A stretch of 64,000 bases of DNA from Escherichia phage vB_EcoM_EP32a, in the sequence record OR544954. The stretch is one strand, 5' to 3'. A model generated the notes under the pieces. That model was not told the origin of the DNA, did not search any database, and saw only the letters and a list, made by a program, of their open reading frames with translations. Shown here one piece after another: positions 48,432-58,972 of the stretch. Position numbers and translations under genes: made by a program. Position 1 is the stretch's first letter. Each line of letters begins with the position of its first letter.

Positions 48432-48620
48432 ATGGAGTATTCAACTGGCCAACATCTTCTCGTTGTCCCTGAAATTAAAAAATATGTTTTGACCAATACG
48501 TTTTCAGGTGAAGAACATATTGTTACTGAACAAATGCTCAAATCTGCTTTTAAAGATGAGTATAATAAAATAATGTCTAATCGCAATTCCGCATGGACAG
48601 TTACCGACTTCTACGAATAA
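48432..48620 (+). CDS. hypothetical protein
   Basis: 62 aa after GGAG. Confidence 0.5.
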   Translation: MEYSTGQHLLVVPEIKKYVLTNTFSGEEHIVTEQMLKSAFKDEYNKIMSNRNSAWTVTDFYE

Positions 48621-48632
48621 GAGAGAAATAAT

Positions 48633-49049
48633 ATGTTTACTACTGCTAAAGGTTTCACTGCTGCTGATCTGAAAGTTACTTCTATCCGTACTGACGCTAA
48701 CCCACATAACCATAATCGTGTTCGTAAAGCATGGGTCCTGCATTGTGATGACGCAAGTGCTAAAAAACTCCAATCTTTGCCACAAGAAACTCGTTTTATG
48801 ATTTATGGTTTTATTGATAATGATGTATCTGATATGTGGATTCATCTGATGCATAAGCACTATAAAGATTCTATTGAAGCTGGTGGAAAAATCGTTCTTG
48901 ATAAAGACGGTTCTGAGCGTCTGGAAGATTTCTATTGTGTTGACGCTGACGAACAACTAATTGCAGCTGGCGAAATTGTTGCTTCTAAAATTCCAGAATA
49001 TATTGAATCACTGCCTGAAGCTATTAAAAAGCAGATGGTTGCTGCATAA
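48633..49049 (+). CDS. hypothetical protein (rpbA/45.x position)
   Basis: 138 aa between genes 46 and 45. Confidence 0.5.
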   Translation: MFTTAKGFTAADLKVTSIRTDANPHNHNRVRKAWVLHCDDASAKKLQSLPQETRFMIYGFIDNDVSDMWIHLMHKHYKDSIEAGGKIVLDKDGSERLEDFYCVDADEQLIAAGEIVASKIPEYIESLPEAIKKQMVAA

Positions 49050-49091
49050 TAAATTTGTTATAAACTTTGAATTGTCTTGAAAGGAAATAAA

Positions 49092-49778
49092 ATGAAACTG
49101 TCTAAAGATACTATCGCTATTCTGAAAAACTTTGCCTCTATTAACTCCGGCATTCTGCTGAGTCAAGGTAAATTTATTATGACTCGTGCAGTTAATGGCA
49201 CCACTTATGCGGAAGCAAATATCTCTGATGAAATTGATTTTGACGTAGCACTTTATGATTTGAATAGCTTCTTAAGCATTTTGAGTCTAGTGTCTGATGA
49301 TGCTGAAATTTCAATGCACACTGATGGCAATATTAAAATTGCAGATACACGTTCCACAGTTTATTGGCCTGCCGCTGACAAGAGCACCATTGTTTTTCCT
49401 AATAAGCCAATTCAATTCCCGGTGGCTTCTGTGATTACTGAAATTAAAGCTGAAGACCTTCAACAATTGCTTCGAGTTTCACGTGGTCTTCAGATTGATA
49501 CAATTGCTATTACAAATAAAGATGGTAAAATTGTTATCAATGGCTATAATAAAGTTGAAGATTCTGGTCTAACTCGTCCTAAGTATTCTTTGACTCTTAC
49601 CGATTATGATGGTTCTAACAACTTTAACTTCGTAATCAATATGGCTAATATGAAAATCCAGCCAGGTAACTATAAAGTAATGTTGTGGGGAGCTGGTGAT
49701 AAAGTTGCAGCCAAGTTTGAAAGCTCTCAAGTAAGTTATGTTATTGCGATGGAAGCCGATTCTACTCACGACTTCTAA
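49092..49778 (+). CDS. 45: sliding clamp gp45
   Basis: 228 aa from ATG 49092; position before 44/62. Confidence 0.88.
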   Translation: MKLSKDTIAILKNFASINSGILLSQGKFIMTRAVNGTTYAEANISDEIDFDVALYDLNSFLSILSLVSDDAEISMHTDGNIKIADTRSTVYWPAADKSTIVFPNKPIQFPVASVITEIKAEDLQQLLRVSRGLQIDTIAITNKDGKIVINGYNKVEDSGLTRPKYSLTLTDYDGSNNFNFVINMANMKIQPGNYKVMLWGAGDKVAAKFESSQVSYVIAMEADSTHDF

Positions 49779-49853
49779 GTCAAAGCTTTACGTTTATTGT
49801 GATACGATTATGGAGGAGAAATCCTCCAGTTTAATGATAATGAGGAAAATTAC

Positions 49854-50816
49854 ATGATTACTATCAATTCCAAAGAACACATTCTAGAACAGAAATATCG
49901 TCCTTCTTCCATTGATGAATGTATTCTGCCTGCGTATGACCATGAAACATTCAAGTCTTTAGTATCTAAAGGAAAACTTCCTCATATTATTTTACACTCT
50001 CCATCTCCTGGTACCGGTAAAACCACCGTGGCAAAAGCATTATGTAACGATATCAACGCTGAAATGATGTTTGTCAACGGTTCTGATTGTAAAATTGATT
50101 TTGTACGCGGTCCGTTAACTGCATTTGCTCGTTCAGTCTCAATGGAAGGCAAACCTAAAGTTATTGTTATTGATGAATTTGACCGTAGTGGCCTCGCCGA
50201 ATCACAACGTCACCTTCGTACATTCATGGAAGAATTCTCTAGTAACTGTTCTATTATTATTACTGCCAACAACATCGATGGAATTATTGAACCATTACGT
50301 AGTCGTTGTCGAGTTATTGAATTCGGTCGTCCGACTGAAGAAGATAAAATCTCAATGATGAAGAAAATGATTCATCGCATGGTTGAAATCTGTAAGAACG
50401 AAAATATCGAAATCGCTGATATGAAAGTTGTTGCAGCTCTGGTTAAAAAGAACTTTCCGGACTTTCGTCGTACAATTGGTCAATTAGACCAGTACTCGTC
50501 TAAAGGTGTTCTTGATGCAGGTATTTTGTCTATTGTAACCAATGATCGTGGCACGGTAGATGATGTCATAGAAGCAATGAAAAATAAAGATATCAAACAG
50601 CTTCGTGCGTTAGCTCCAAAATATGCCGCTGATTATTCATGGTTCATCGATAAATTAGTTTCTGAGTGTTATGACAAAGTTGCACCAGGTAAAAGTATTA
50701 TTTCGCTTTATGAAATTGCAGGCGAAAATAATAAGTTTCATGGATTAGCAAGTAATATTGAATTACATGTTATGTATATGCTTCTTCAACTGACCTGCGA
50801 ACTGACTTGGAAATAA
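49854..50816 (+). CDS. 44: clamp loader large subunit gp44
   Basis: Walker [11 protein letters not shown], Walker [12 protein letters not shown] motif. Confidence 0.92.
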   Translation: MITINSKEHILEQKYRPSSIDECILPAYDHETFKSLVSKGKLPHIILHSPSPGTGKTTVAKALCNDINAEMMFVNGSDCKIDFVRGPLTAFARSVSMEGKPKVIVIDEFDRSGLAESQRHLRTFMEEFSSNCSIIITANNIDGIIEPLRSRCRVIEFGRPTEEDKISMMKKMIHRMVEICKNENIEIADMKVVAALVKKNFPDFRRTIGQLDQYSSKGVLDAGILSIVTNDRGTVDDVIEAMKNKDIKQLRALAPKYAADYSWFIDKLVSECYDKVAPGKSIISLYEIAGENNKFHGLASNIELHVMYMLLQLTCELTWK

Positions 50817-50817
50817 T

Positions 50818-51381
50818 ATGAACTTATTTGATGATGACGTCCAACTTAACGAGCACCAAATTGCATGGAAGTCTAACGACGCTGATGCGATTCAAAAATG
50901 TGCTGACATGTTTAAAGAAAAACCTGAGAATGAATTCTTTAAAATCATTAATGCTATTAATGAAAAGAAATCTATGTCAATTGCTCAGGTCGACTACTCA
51001 AAATTTATGGTTGAGAACTCATTATCCCAGTTTCCAGAATGTATGCCCGCAGTTTACATGATGAACTTGGTCGGTTCTGAATTAAGTGATGAAGCACACT
51101 TCAACTATATGATGGCCGCCGTTCCGCGTGGCCGACGATTCTCTAAATGGGCTAAACTAGTTGAAGACACTTCAGAGTTACTAGTTATCAAACTGTTGAT
51201 GAAACGTTACACAATCAACATGAATGATGCTACCGAGTATAAGCGGCTCCTTGAAAAAAATAACAAGTTGCCAATAGTCCTTAAAGAACTGAAGGCCATG
51301 GTCACTGATGAGTTTCTCAAAGAAGTTACAAAAAATGTGAAAGAACAAAAACAATTTAAAAAATTAGCATTGGAATGGTAA
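50818..51381 (+). CDS. 62: clamp loader small subunit gp62
   Basis: 187 aa, T4 order. Confidence 0.85.
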   Translation: MNLFDDDVQLNEHQIAWKSNDADAIQKCADMFKEKPENEFFKIINAINEKKSMSIAQVDYSKFMVENSLSQFPECMPAVYMMNLVGSELSDEAHFNYMMAAVPRGRRFSKWAKLVEDTSELLVIKLLMKRYTINMNDATEYKRLLEKNNKLPIVLKELKAMVTDEFLKEVTKNVKEQKQFKKLALEW

Positions 51382-51383
51382 AA

Positions 51384-51752
51384 ATGATTGAAATTAAATT
51401 GAAGAACCCCGAAGATTTTCTTAAAGTCAAAGAGACTCTGACCCGTATGGGCATCGCTAATAACAAGGATAAAGTTCTTTATCAGTCCTGTCATATCCTC
51501 CAAAAGCAAGGTAAATATTACATCGTCCACTTTAAAGAAATGTTGCGTATGGACGGGCGTCAAGTTGATATTGATGGTGAAGACTACCAACGACGTGATT
51601 CGATTGCCCAGTTGCTTGAAGACTGGGGATTGATTGTTATTGAAGACTCTGCTCGTGAAGATCTGTTTGGCCTAACTAATAACTTCCGTGTTATCTCTTT
51701 TAAACAGAAAGATGACTGGACTTTGAAAGCAAAATATACAATTGGTAATTAA
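51384..51752 (+). CDS. regA: translational repressor RegA
   Basis: 122 aa from ATG 51384. Confidence 0.85.
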   Translation: MIEIKLKNPEDFLKVKETLTRMGIANNKDKVLYQSCHILQKQGKYYIVHFKEMLRMDGRQVDIDGEDYQRRDSIAQLLEDWGLIVIEDSAREDLFGLTNNFRVISFKQKDDWTLKAKYTIGN

Positions 51753-51805
51753 AGCAATGGGACTTCGGTCCCATTTGGAGTATAATAAGTTCATCAACAA
51801 ACAAA

Positions 51806-51821
51806 AGACAATAACTCGTCT
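51806..51821 (+). promoter_or_regulatory. gene 43 translational operator hairpin
   Basis: AGAC-AATAACTC-GTCT hairpin just upstream of the gene 43 SD; loop equals the classic T4 operator loop AAUAACUC. Confidence 0.7.
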
Positions 51822-51833
51822 AAAGGAAATTAA

Positions 51834-54545
51834 ATGAAAGAATTTTACTTAACGGTTGAACAGATTGGTGATTCAATTTTTGAACGTTACATCGATTCTA
51901 ATGGCCGTGAACGTACTCGTGAAGTAGAATATAAACCATCGCTGTTTGCTCATTGTCCAGAAAGTCAGGCTACGAAATATTTCGATATCTACGGTAAGCC
52001 GTGTACTCGTAAGTTGTTCGCTAATATGCGTGATGCCTCCCAATGGATTAAACGCATGGAAGATATCGGACTTGAAGCACTTGGCATGGACGATTTCAAA
52101 TTGGCGTATTTGTCTGACACTTATAACTATGAAATCAAATACGACCATACAAAAATTCGTGTGGCTAACTTCGACATCGAAGTAACATCTCCGGACGGGT
52201 TCCCTGAGCCGTCACAAGCAAAACATCCTATTGATGCTATCACCCATTATGACTCAATTGACGACAGGTTCTACGTATTTGATCTATTGAATTCTCCATA
52301 TGGTAATGTGGAAGAATGGTCTATCGAAATTGCAGCTAAGCTTCAAGAACAAGGTGGTGATGAAGTTCCATCCGAAATTATCGACAAAATCGTTTATATG
52401 CCGTTTGATAATGAAAAAGAATTATTGATGGAATATCTCAACTTCTGGCAACAGAAAACTCCTGTCATTTTGACTGGATGGAACGTTGAGTCATTTGATA
52501 TTCCATATGTGTATAACCGAATCAAGAATATTTTTGGCGAATCTACTGCGAAACGTTTATCACCACATCGTAAAACTCGCGTTAAAGTTATCGAAAACAT
52601 GTATGGTTCTCGTGAAATCATTACATTGTTCGGTATCTCTGTTCTTGATTACATTGACCTTTACAAAAAATTCTCTTTTACTAATCAACCGTCGTATTCT
52701 CTGGATTACATTTCAGAATTTGAATTGAACGTTGGTAAACTGAAATATGACGGCCCTATTTCTAAGCTTCGTGAAAGCAATCACCAACGATATATTTCTT
52801 ATAACATTATCGACGTGTATCGTGTATTGCAAATTGATGCTAAGCGTCAGTTCATCAACTTGAGTTTGGACATGGGTTATTATGCTAAGATACAGATTCA
52901 ATCTGTGTTTAGCCCAATTAAAACATGGGATGCTATTATTTTTAATAGCCTTAAAGAGCAGAACAAGGTGATTCCACAAGGTCGTTCTCACCCGGTTCAA
53001 CCTTATCCTGGCGCTTTTGTTAAGGAACCTATTCCAAATCGATACAAATATGTAATGAGTTTCGACCTTACATCTCTGTATCCAAGTATTATTCGCCAAG
53101 TGAATATTAGCCCAGAAACAATAGCAGGAACGTTTAAAGTAGCTCCATTGCATGATTATATTAACGCTGTTGCTGAACGTCCTTCTGATGTGTACAGTTG
53201 CTCTCCTAACGGCATGATGTATTATAAAGACCGTGATGGTGTAGTTCCAACTGAAATCACTAAAGTCTTTAATCAACGTAAAGAACATAAAGGTTATATG
53301 CTTGCGGCTCAACGTAATGGTGAAATAATTAAAGAGGCGTTGCATAATCCTAATCTTTCTGTTGACGAACCATTAGATGTTGATTATCGTTTCGACTTTA
53401 GCGATGAGATTAAAGAAAAGATTAAAAAGTTGTCTGCTAAATCTCTTAATGAAATGTTGTTTAGAGCTCAACGTACTGAAGTTGCAGGTATGACTGCCCA
53501 AATTAACCGTAAATTGCTTATCAACTCACTTTATGGTGCACTTGGCAACGTTTGGTTCCGTTATTACGATTTGCGTAATGCTACTGCAATCACAACATTT
53601 GGTCAAATGGCTTTACAGTGGATTGAACGTAAAGTTAATGAATATCTGAATGAAGTTTGTGGCACAGAAGGTGAAGCTTTCGTTCTTTATGGTGATACAG
53701 ACTCTATTTACGTATCTGCTGATAAAATTATCGATAAGGTTGGTGAATCTAAATTCCGTGATACCAACCATTGGGTAGACTTCTTAGATAAGTTTGCACG
53801 TGAACGTATGGAACCAGCTATTGATAGAGGTTTCCGTGAAATGTGTGAATACATGAACAATAAACAACACTTAATGTTCATGGACCGAGAAGCTATCGCT
53901 GGTCCTCCGCTTGGTTCTAAAGGTATTGGTGGATTCTGGACTGGCAAGAAACGTTATGCATTAAACGTGTGGGATATGGAAGGCACTCGTTACGCTGAGC
54001 CTAAACTCAAAATCATGGGTCTCGAGACTCAGAAATCTTCGACTCCTAAAGCAGTACAGAAAGCTCTTAAAGAATGTATTCGTCGTATGCTTCAAGAAGG
54101 TGAAGAATCATTACAAGAATATTTTAAAGAGTTTGAAAAAGAATTCCGTCAATTGAATTATATTAGCATCGCGTCGGTATCTTCTGCGAATAACATTGCT
54201 AAATATGACGTAGGTGGATTCCCTGGTCCCAAATGCCCGTTCCATATTCGTGGAATTCTGACGTATAACCGGGCTATCAAAGGTAATATTGATGCTCCAC
54301 AAGTTGTAGAAGGTGAAAAAGTATATGTTCTGCCTTTACGTGATGGAAACCCATTCGGTGATAAATGTATCGCATGGCCTTCTGGTACTGAAATCACAGA
54401 TTTAATTAAAGACGACGTACTTCATTGGATGGACTACACTGTTCTCCTTGAGAAGACATTTATTAAACCACTTGAAGGATTCACATCAGCAGCGAAACTC
54501 GATTACGAGAAGAAAGCATCTCTGTTCGATATGTTCGATTTTTGA
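51834..54545 (+). CDS. 43: DNA polymerase gp43 (family B)
   Basis: 903 aa; exo motifs FDIEV and YNIIDV, pol motifs DLTSLYPS and YGDTDS; matches recalled RB69 gp43 sequence. Confidence 0.97.
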   Translation: MKEFYLTVEQIGDSIFERYIDSNGRERTREVEYKPSLFAHCPESQATKYFDIYGKPCTRKLFANMRDASQWIKRMEDIGLEALGMDDFKLAYLSDTYNYEIKYDHTKIRVANFDIEVTSPDGFPEPSQAKHPIDAITHYDSIDDRFYVFDLLNSPYGNVEEWSIEIAAKLQEQGGDEVPSEIIDKIVYMPFDNEKELLMEYLNFWQQKTPVILTGWNVESFDIPYVYNRIKNIFGESTAKRLSPHRKTRVKVIENMYGSREIITLFGISVLDYIDLYKKFSFTNQPSYSLDYISEFELNVGKLKYDGPISKLRESNHQRYISYNIIDVYRVLQIDAKRQFINLSLDMGYYAKIQIQSVFSPIKTWDAIIFNSLKEQNKVIPQGRSHPVQPYPGAFVKEPIPNRYKYVMSFDLTSLYPSIIRQVNISPETIAGTFKVAPLHDYINAVAERPSDVYSCSPNGMMYYKDRDGVVPTEITKVFNQRKEHKGYMLAAQRNGEIIKEALHNPNLSVDEPLDVDYRFDFSDEIKEKIKKLSAKSLNEMLFRAQRTEVAGMTAQINRKLLINSLYGALGNVWFRYYDLRNATAITTFGQMALQWIERKVNEYLNEVCGTEGEAFVLYGDTDSIYVSADKIIDKVGESKFRDTNHWVDFLDKFARERMEPAIDRGFREMCEYMNNKQHLMFMDREAIAGPPLGSKGIGGFWTGKKRYALNVWDMEGTRYAEPKLKIMGLETQKSSTPKAVQKALKECIRRMLQEGEESLQEYFKEFEKEFRQLNYISIASVSSANNIAKYDVGGFPGPKCPFHIRGILTYNRAIKGNIDAPQVVEGEKVYVLPLRDGNPFGDKCIAWPSGTEITDLIKDDVLHWMDYTVLLEKTFIKPLEGFTSAAKLDYEKKASLFDMFDF

Positions 54546-54585
54546 TATAATGTCATGGACGGTAAACTAATTAAATGAGAGAAAT

Positions 54586-55221
54586 ATGAAAACTACTCCT
54601 ATTACTATCGCTATTGACGCAATCATAAAACAAGCTTCTTCTTTGGCCGCTATGGCCAAAGTAATTAGTCAAAACCCTGCTCGTTATAATGCTATTCTAG
54701 AAACTCTTCGACGCCCTGGACTTAGTAATTATGAAAGCCGGGTAATTATTACAGGTGTTGGTAAGAATGCTAATATCGCAACTAAAGCTTCCGAGACTTT
54801 TGCTTCACTAGGTATTCCTAGCATGTATTTGAACACCGGGCATTATTCTCATGGTGATGCAGGATTTATTGCGCCTAATGATGTGTTGATTCATATTAGT
54901 CGTTCTGGTAAAACTGAAGAAATGATAGGTGTTGCTAAACATCTTCGTATGATTCGTCCTCAGGTTAAACAGATTCTGTTACATTGTAACCCAGACATTC
55001 CACAAGAATACGAAGCTCTTTTTGATTATACGTTCTGTACCGGTATCGCGGTAGAAGTTGACGAGAACTCTTTGGCTCCGACTATGTCCACTACATTGTT
55101 GTTAGCGCTTATCGATACGTTTGCTATCAACCTTTCGTCTGAACGCGGATTTACCTCTAATGACTTCCTTAAGTTCCACCCTGGTGGTGCACTAGGTGCC
55201 ATGTTACGAGGCGAACAATGA
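54586..55221 (+). CDS. SIS-domain sugar-phosphate isomerase (KdsD/GmhA-like)
   Basis: ITGVGKNANIA ... HGDAGF ... SRSGKTEE motifs. Confidence 0.75.
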   Translation: MKTTPITIAIDAIIKQASSLAAMAKVISQNPARYNAILETLRRPGLSNYESRVIITGVGKNANIATKASETFASLGIPSMYLNTGHYSHGDAGFIAPNDVLIHISRSGKTEEMIGVAKHLRMIRPQVKQILLHCNPDIPQEYEALFDYTFCTGIAVEVDENSLAPTMSTTLLLALIDTFAINLSSERGFTSNDFLKFHPGGALGAMLRGEQ

Positions 55222-55361
55222 AAGCAATAACAATAGGACTTTTACTATTGATGCTTGTCATGACTATCTACTGGAGCTTAATGGCTCCAGTAATGATTCC
55301 AACACTTGTAATTGGATGGATTATGATTGGACTACAAGCAAAGTATGAATGCTTTATCTAG
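55218..55361 (+). CDS. small membrane protein (47 aa)
   Basis: Hydrophobic ORF MKAITIGLLLLMLVMTIYW...; below the ORF-track cutoff. Confidence 0.4.
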   Translation: MKAITIGLLLLMLVMTIYWSLMAPVMIPTLVIGWIMIGLQAKYECFI

Positions 55362-55402
55362 AATAGTGTACAATACTCCTACTTACCAATGAGGACTTCA
55401 AC

Positions 55403-57088
55403 ATGAAAAAAGCTGTTATTCTTGGTGCTGGACTGGCAACTCGTTTGTATCCAATAACGCATCATATTCCTAAGGTGCTTGTTAACTATAAACAAGACAC
55501 TATTCTGAGCAATTTGTATACAATTTATTCTGACCTTGGCGCAGATGAAATTATTGTAGTAGTTCATTCAAAATTTGCTGAAACCGTTCGAGCTTATTGT
55601 GAGCAAGAAGGGTTCAATGTGACTATTCGTACAGTTGATGAAGCGTATGGTTCTGCTTATGCTCTTGCTAAATTATACAAAGATTTAGATGGCCATAACG
55701 TAATTGTTAACTGGTGTGATATTATTCCTGATTTTGGTTCATGGTCTTGGAATGTTAACGCAATCTATGTTAAGGGTGATGAATGTCGATATAATTTCGA
55801 CGGTGAAAATATCACTAACGTAGGTTCAACGGGTGGTAATGTTGTAGGAATTTACCAGTTCAAAGACTGGGAATTCTATATGGGTTCTACTGATGAGGAA
55901 ATTCATGAATACTGCAAAGGACGTGATTTCGTAGAATTCCTTTACGGGAGTGCATTCAATAAATCAGAGCTTATGAATCTAATTGATTTAGGTGATATGC
56001 CTAAACTTGAAAAAGCTCATGAAGTTCGTGAACTTAATCGTAGTTTTAATGCAGTTGAAATTGGTGAAGAAACTGTAACTAAATTCGCATTAACCGAACA
56101 GGGTCGAGCTCTTCAGAAAGATGAGATTTCATGGTATCTTAAAGTGAAATCAGATTCAGTTCCTCAGTTAGTTTCTGTTAATGAAAATAACTTTGAAATG
56201 GAACGCATTAAAGGTAAGCCGGCATTTGAATATATTAAATCCAAATCAAGTCTTGCTCGTCCACAAATTGTTGATGCAATTTTAGATGCACTGAAATTCA
56301 GCACAGACACTTATTTTGTAAGTCCTGAAACTGTTCGTCGTGATTTCACTAAAGAATTCTATACGAAAGTTATTGATCGTTGTGAAAGCATTCAGCCATT
56401 GATTGATTCATTTGGTAAAATCACACATGTGAACTACACTAAGATTGGACGTCTGAAGCCAATGCTGAAACAAGCTTTAGAACACCTTATTCGTTATCAT
56501 AACCGTTCTCAGGGACAGTACTCTGTTATTCACGGTGACCCGAACTTCAGTAATACTATGATTACTGATAATGGCGAAGTCAAGTTTATCGACCCTCGTG
56601 GATATTTTGGTGAAACCAAGATTTACGGGCCAAAATTGTATGACGAAGCTAAAGTGCTTTATGCTGTTTCAGGTTATGATGAATTCAATGCTAATCCAAC
56701 CTGGGGACAGTTTACTATTGATGAAACAACTTGTAATGTGACTATTAACATCAATCCATTAGTTTACAAATATGGAAAGATGAGTTCGTTTAACGAGTAT
56801 CATCATTTGGCAGTGGCAATTATCTGGATTGCATTAGGTGGTTATTTCAAGAATAATCCACTTAAAGCGGTAGCCGCATATTATAAAGGTATGGAACTTC
56901 TGACTAAGCAATTACGTAACATGGGCCGTGTACTTCAGGACGGCTCTATTAGTTATGACGTAGCAGAACCTGTAACGGCTACTCTGATTACAAAAAATCC
57001 TGGTAAATGGGTACTAACTGATAAAGAAACTGGTGTTTCCTATCGTCCAATCGGTGGCGATATCACTCATCAATGGGAACGAATCTAA
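55403..57088 (+). CDS. bifunctional sugar-1-phosphate nucleotidyltransferase / kinase
   Basis: N-terminal ILGAGLATRLYPIT (RmlA-like); C-terminal VIHGDPNFSN...FIDPRG (APH/choline-kinase-like). Confidence 0.75.
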   Translation: MKKAVILGAGLATRLYPITHHIPKVLVNYKQDTILSNLYTIYSDLGADEIIVVVHSKFAETVRAYCEQEGFNVTIRTVDEAYGSAYALAKLYKDLDGHNVIVNWCDIIPDFGSWSWNVNAIYVKGDECRYNFDGENITNVGSTGGNVVGIYQFKDWEFYMGSTDEEIHEYCKGRDFVEFLYGSAFNKSELMNLIDLGDMPKLEKAHEVRELNRSFNAVEIGEETVTKFALTEQGRALQKDEISWYLKVKSDSVPQLVSVNENNFEMERIKGKPAFEYIKSKSSLARPQIVDAILDALKFSTDTYFVSPETVRRDFTKEFYTKVIDRCESIQPLIDSFGKITHVNYTKIGRLKPMLKQALEHLIRYHNRSQGQYSVIHGDPNFSNTMITDNGEVKFIDPRGYFGETKIYGPKLYDEAKVLYAVSGYDEFNANPTWGQFTIDETTCNVTININPLVYKYGKMSSFNEYHHLAVAIIWIALGGYFKNNPLKAVAAYYKGMELLTKQLRNMGRVLQDGSISYDVAEPVTATLITKNPGKWVLTDKETGVSYRPIGGDITHQWERI

Positions 57089-57474
57089 TGCACCGTGTAG
57101 AAAACATGCTTAATCTTTGTTTTGATGTCGACGATTGTATAACAGAGTGGAATAACAATCGTGATTACGTGAACTTCAAGCCAGACGTCGAAATGGTGAC
57201 TGCCATTAATGCCCTGTATGATGCAGGGCATACCATAACGCTTTACACTGCTCGTGGTATGAAGTCAGTAGGTCCTGGACGTATAGCAATTGATATTCTC
57301 CCAAGTCTGATTCAGAACTTGGCAAACATTGGCTTGAAGTACCATAATTTGCTAACACATAAACCAGTATATGATTGGATTATCGACGACAAAGCTATGC
57401 GTCCTGACGAATTCAAAGCTCTTATGAATAAAGGCGAATTCGAAACATTTAAATCGTATAAACCGAATCTATAA
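57088..57474 (+). CDS. HAD-superfamily phosphatase
   Basis: DxDxT motif FDVDDCIT; start 57088 (TAATG overlap) or 57073. Confidence 0.6.
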   Translation: MHRVENMLNLCFDVDDCITEWNNNRDYVNFKPDVEMVTAINALYDAGHTITLYTARGMKSVGPGRIAIDILPSLIQNLANIGLKYHNLLTHKPVYDWIIDDKAMRPDEFKALMNKGEFETFKSYKPNL

Positions 57475-57519
57475 TAATTTAAGTAAGACCTGCAAAAAAA
57501 AACCATCGCGTCAATTAAC

Positions 57520-58695
57520 GTGAGATGCAAAAAAATGAATACTTTTAAAATCGGAACGAATTTTGATTTAGCTCTTCTTGATAAAATCGTAGAGCTCAAT
57601 AAAACTTATCCTAATAGCTTGATAAACGAAGTATACGGCTCTACAAGAGAAATGGCTTTTGTAGCAGCCAGACCTGATTTTAGGCTTCCTGACGTTGACA
57701 AAAAGATGTTAGAAGATTACGTTAAACGTTGTAACGAATTAGGTATTTGCTTTAACTATACACTCAACACGATAAATCCTGGTTCAAAAAGAGAACTAGT
57801 TGAGTGGAAGAAGAAAGCTATTCAGGATTATGTTCAGTATCTTTGGTCAATAGGCGTATGGCGTATTACTATCGCTAACCCTGTTGTTATGGAAATTGTT
57901 CGTGAAGTCAATAAAGACATTGAGATTGAAGTTTCAACAATTCTACATGTCGATGCTGTAACTCAAATAAAATACTTACATGACCAATACAATATCAAAA
58001 AGGTCTGCTGTGGAATTCATAAGAACCGTTCAGTTTCTTTCCTGAAGCGTGCAGCAGAGTTTTGCAATAAGAACAATATAATATTTGAAGTTCTTGTAAA
58101 TGAGTTCTGTTCTAATGCTGGTAAAGGGTATACAACACATTGTAGCTATCGTGACTCTTGCTATATTTTCCATAGTACTGATGTTACAGCTGATGATGCT
58201 AAATCCTTAAACGGGTATCCTATGCAGCACTGTATTAAAGCTCGTGATACAGACCCATTTAACTGGTTGAGAACTCGTTTTGTTCGTCCTCAAGATTTGA
58301 AACTTTATAATGATATTGGTATCACTCAATTCAAAGTTTCAGGACGTACAGGTAGCACAGACTACATTTTGAAAGTTCTTGAAGCATACGCTTCTGAAAA
58401 GTTTGAAGGTAATTTGTTAGAACTGTGGAAGCCTTTAGAGACTATTTTCACTCTTGAAAACGAAACTGAGTTTTCACATACAGTAAATATTGAAACCTCT
58501 TTGTTAGATGGCTTTTTAGAAAAAAGGTGGTTCAGACATCCAGATTTCGATTGTGCTAATGAAATCTGCGGGACGACGTGTACATATTGTGAAAGATATT
58601 ATAAACGTCAATTATCTAAAAACGGGTTAGCAGAAAACTCTATATCTATTATTGATATAACTAACTCTGATGACGCTTTGAGGTACCCGGAATGA
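57520..58695 (+). CDS. Cys-rich 391-aa protein, candidate modification or transferase enzyme
   Basis: Cys clusters EFCSNAGKGYTTHCSY and DCANEICGTTCTYCERYY; family not assigned. Confidence 0.6.
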   Translation: MRCKKMNTFKIGTNFDLALLDKIVELNKTYPNSLINEVYGSTREMAFVAARPDFRLPDVDKKMLEDYVKRCNELGICFNYTLNTINPGSKRELVEWKKKAIQDYVQYLWSIGVWRITIANPVVMEIVREVNKDIEIEVSTILHVDAVTQIKYLHDQYNIKKVCCGIHKNRSVSFLKRAAEFCNKNNIIFEVLVNEFCSNAGKGYTTHCSYRDSCYIFHSTDVTADDAKSLNGYPMQHCIKARDTDPFNWLRTRFVRPQDLKLYNDIGITQFKVSGRTGSTDYILKVLEAYASEKFEGNLLELWKPLETIFTLENETEFSHTVNIETSLLDGFLEKRWFRHPDFDCANEICGTTCTYCERYYKRQLSKNGLAENSISIIDITNSDDALRYPE

Positions 58696-58931
58696 TTTCT
58701 AGAAAAACTTTTAATCACCGACTTAATGAAGAGATTTTGACTACGAAACTGAACACTAACGAACAAATTCTTAAAAAGGCCCTGATGGGCCTGTTTGAAA
58801 TTAAAGCGGCTAAAGTGATTAAAGAACCTGTTCAATTGGAATACTACGCTGATGCATTTCTTCATAGTGTTCTTGGAAGTATCGATGCTGAAGCTTTACG
58901 TTATATCAACATTGTCAAGAAATTCAAATAA
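58692..58931 (+). CDS. hypothetical protein
   Basis: 79 aa. Confidence 0.5.
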   Translation: MISRKTFNHRLNEEILTTKLNTNEQILKKALMGLFEIKAAKVIKEPVQLEYYADAFLHSVLGSIDAEALRYINIVKKFK

Positions 58932-58972
58932 GCTTTACGAATTGAGTATATAATAATTGTATTGAGGTAAAC

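Noticed and set aside
52713-53345. 210-aa minus-strand ORF inside gene 43, and similar antisense ORFs (10911-11156, 14201-14719, 30754-31110, 46810-47298, 48504-48956)
   Set aside because: They lie antisense within strongly supported genes and are low-complexity shadow frames with no start context.
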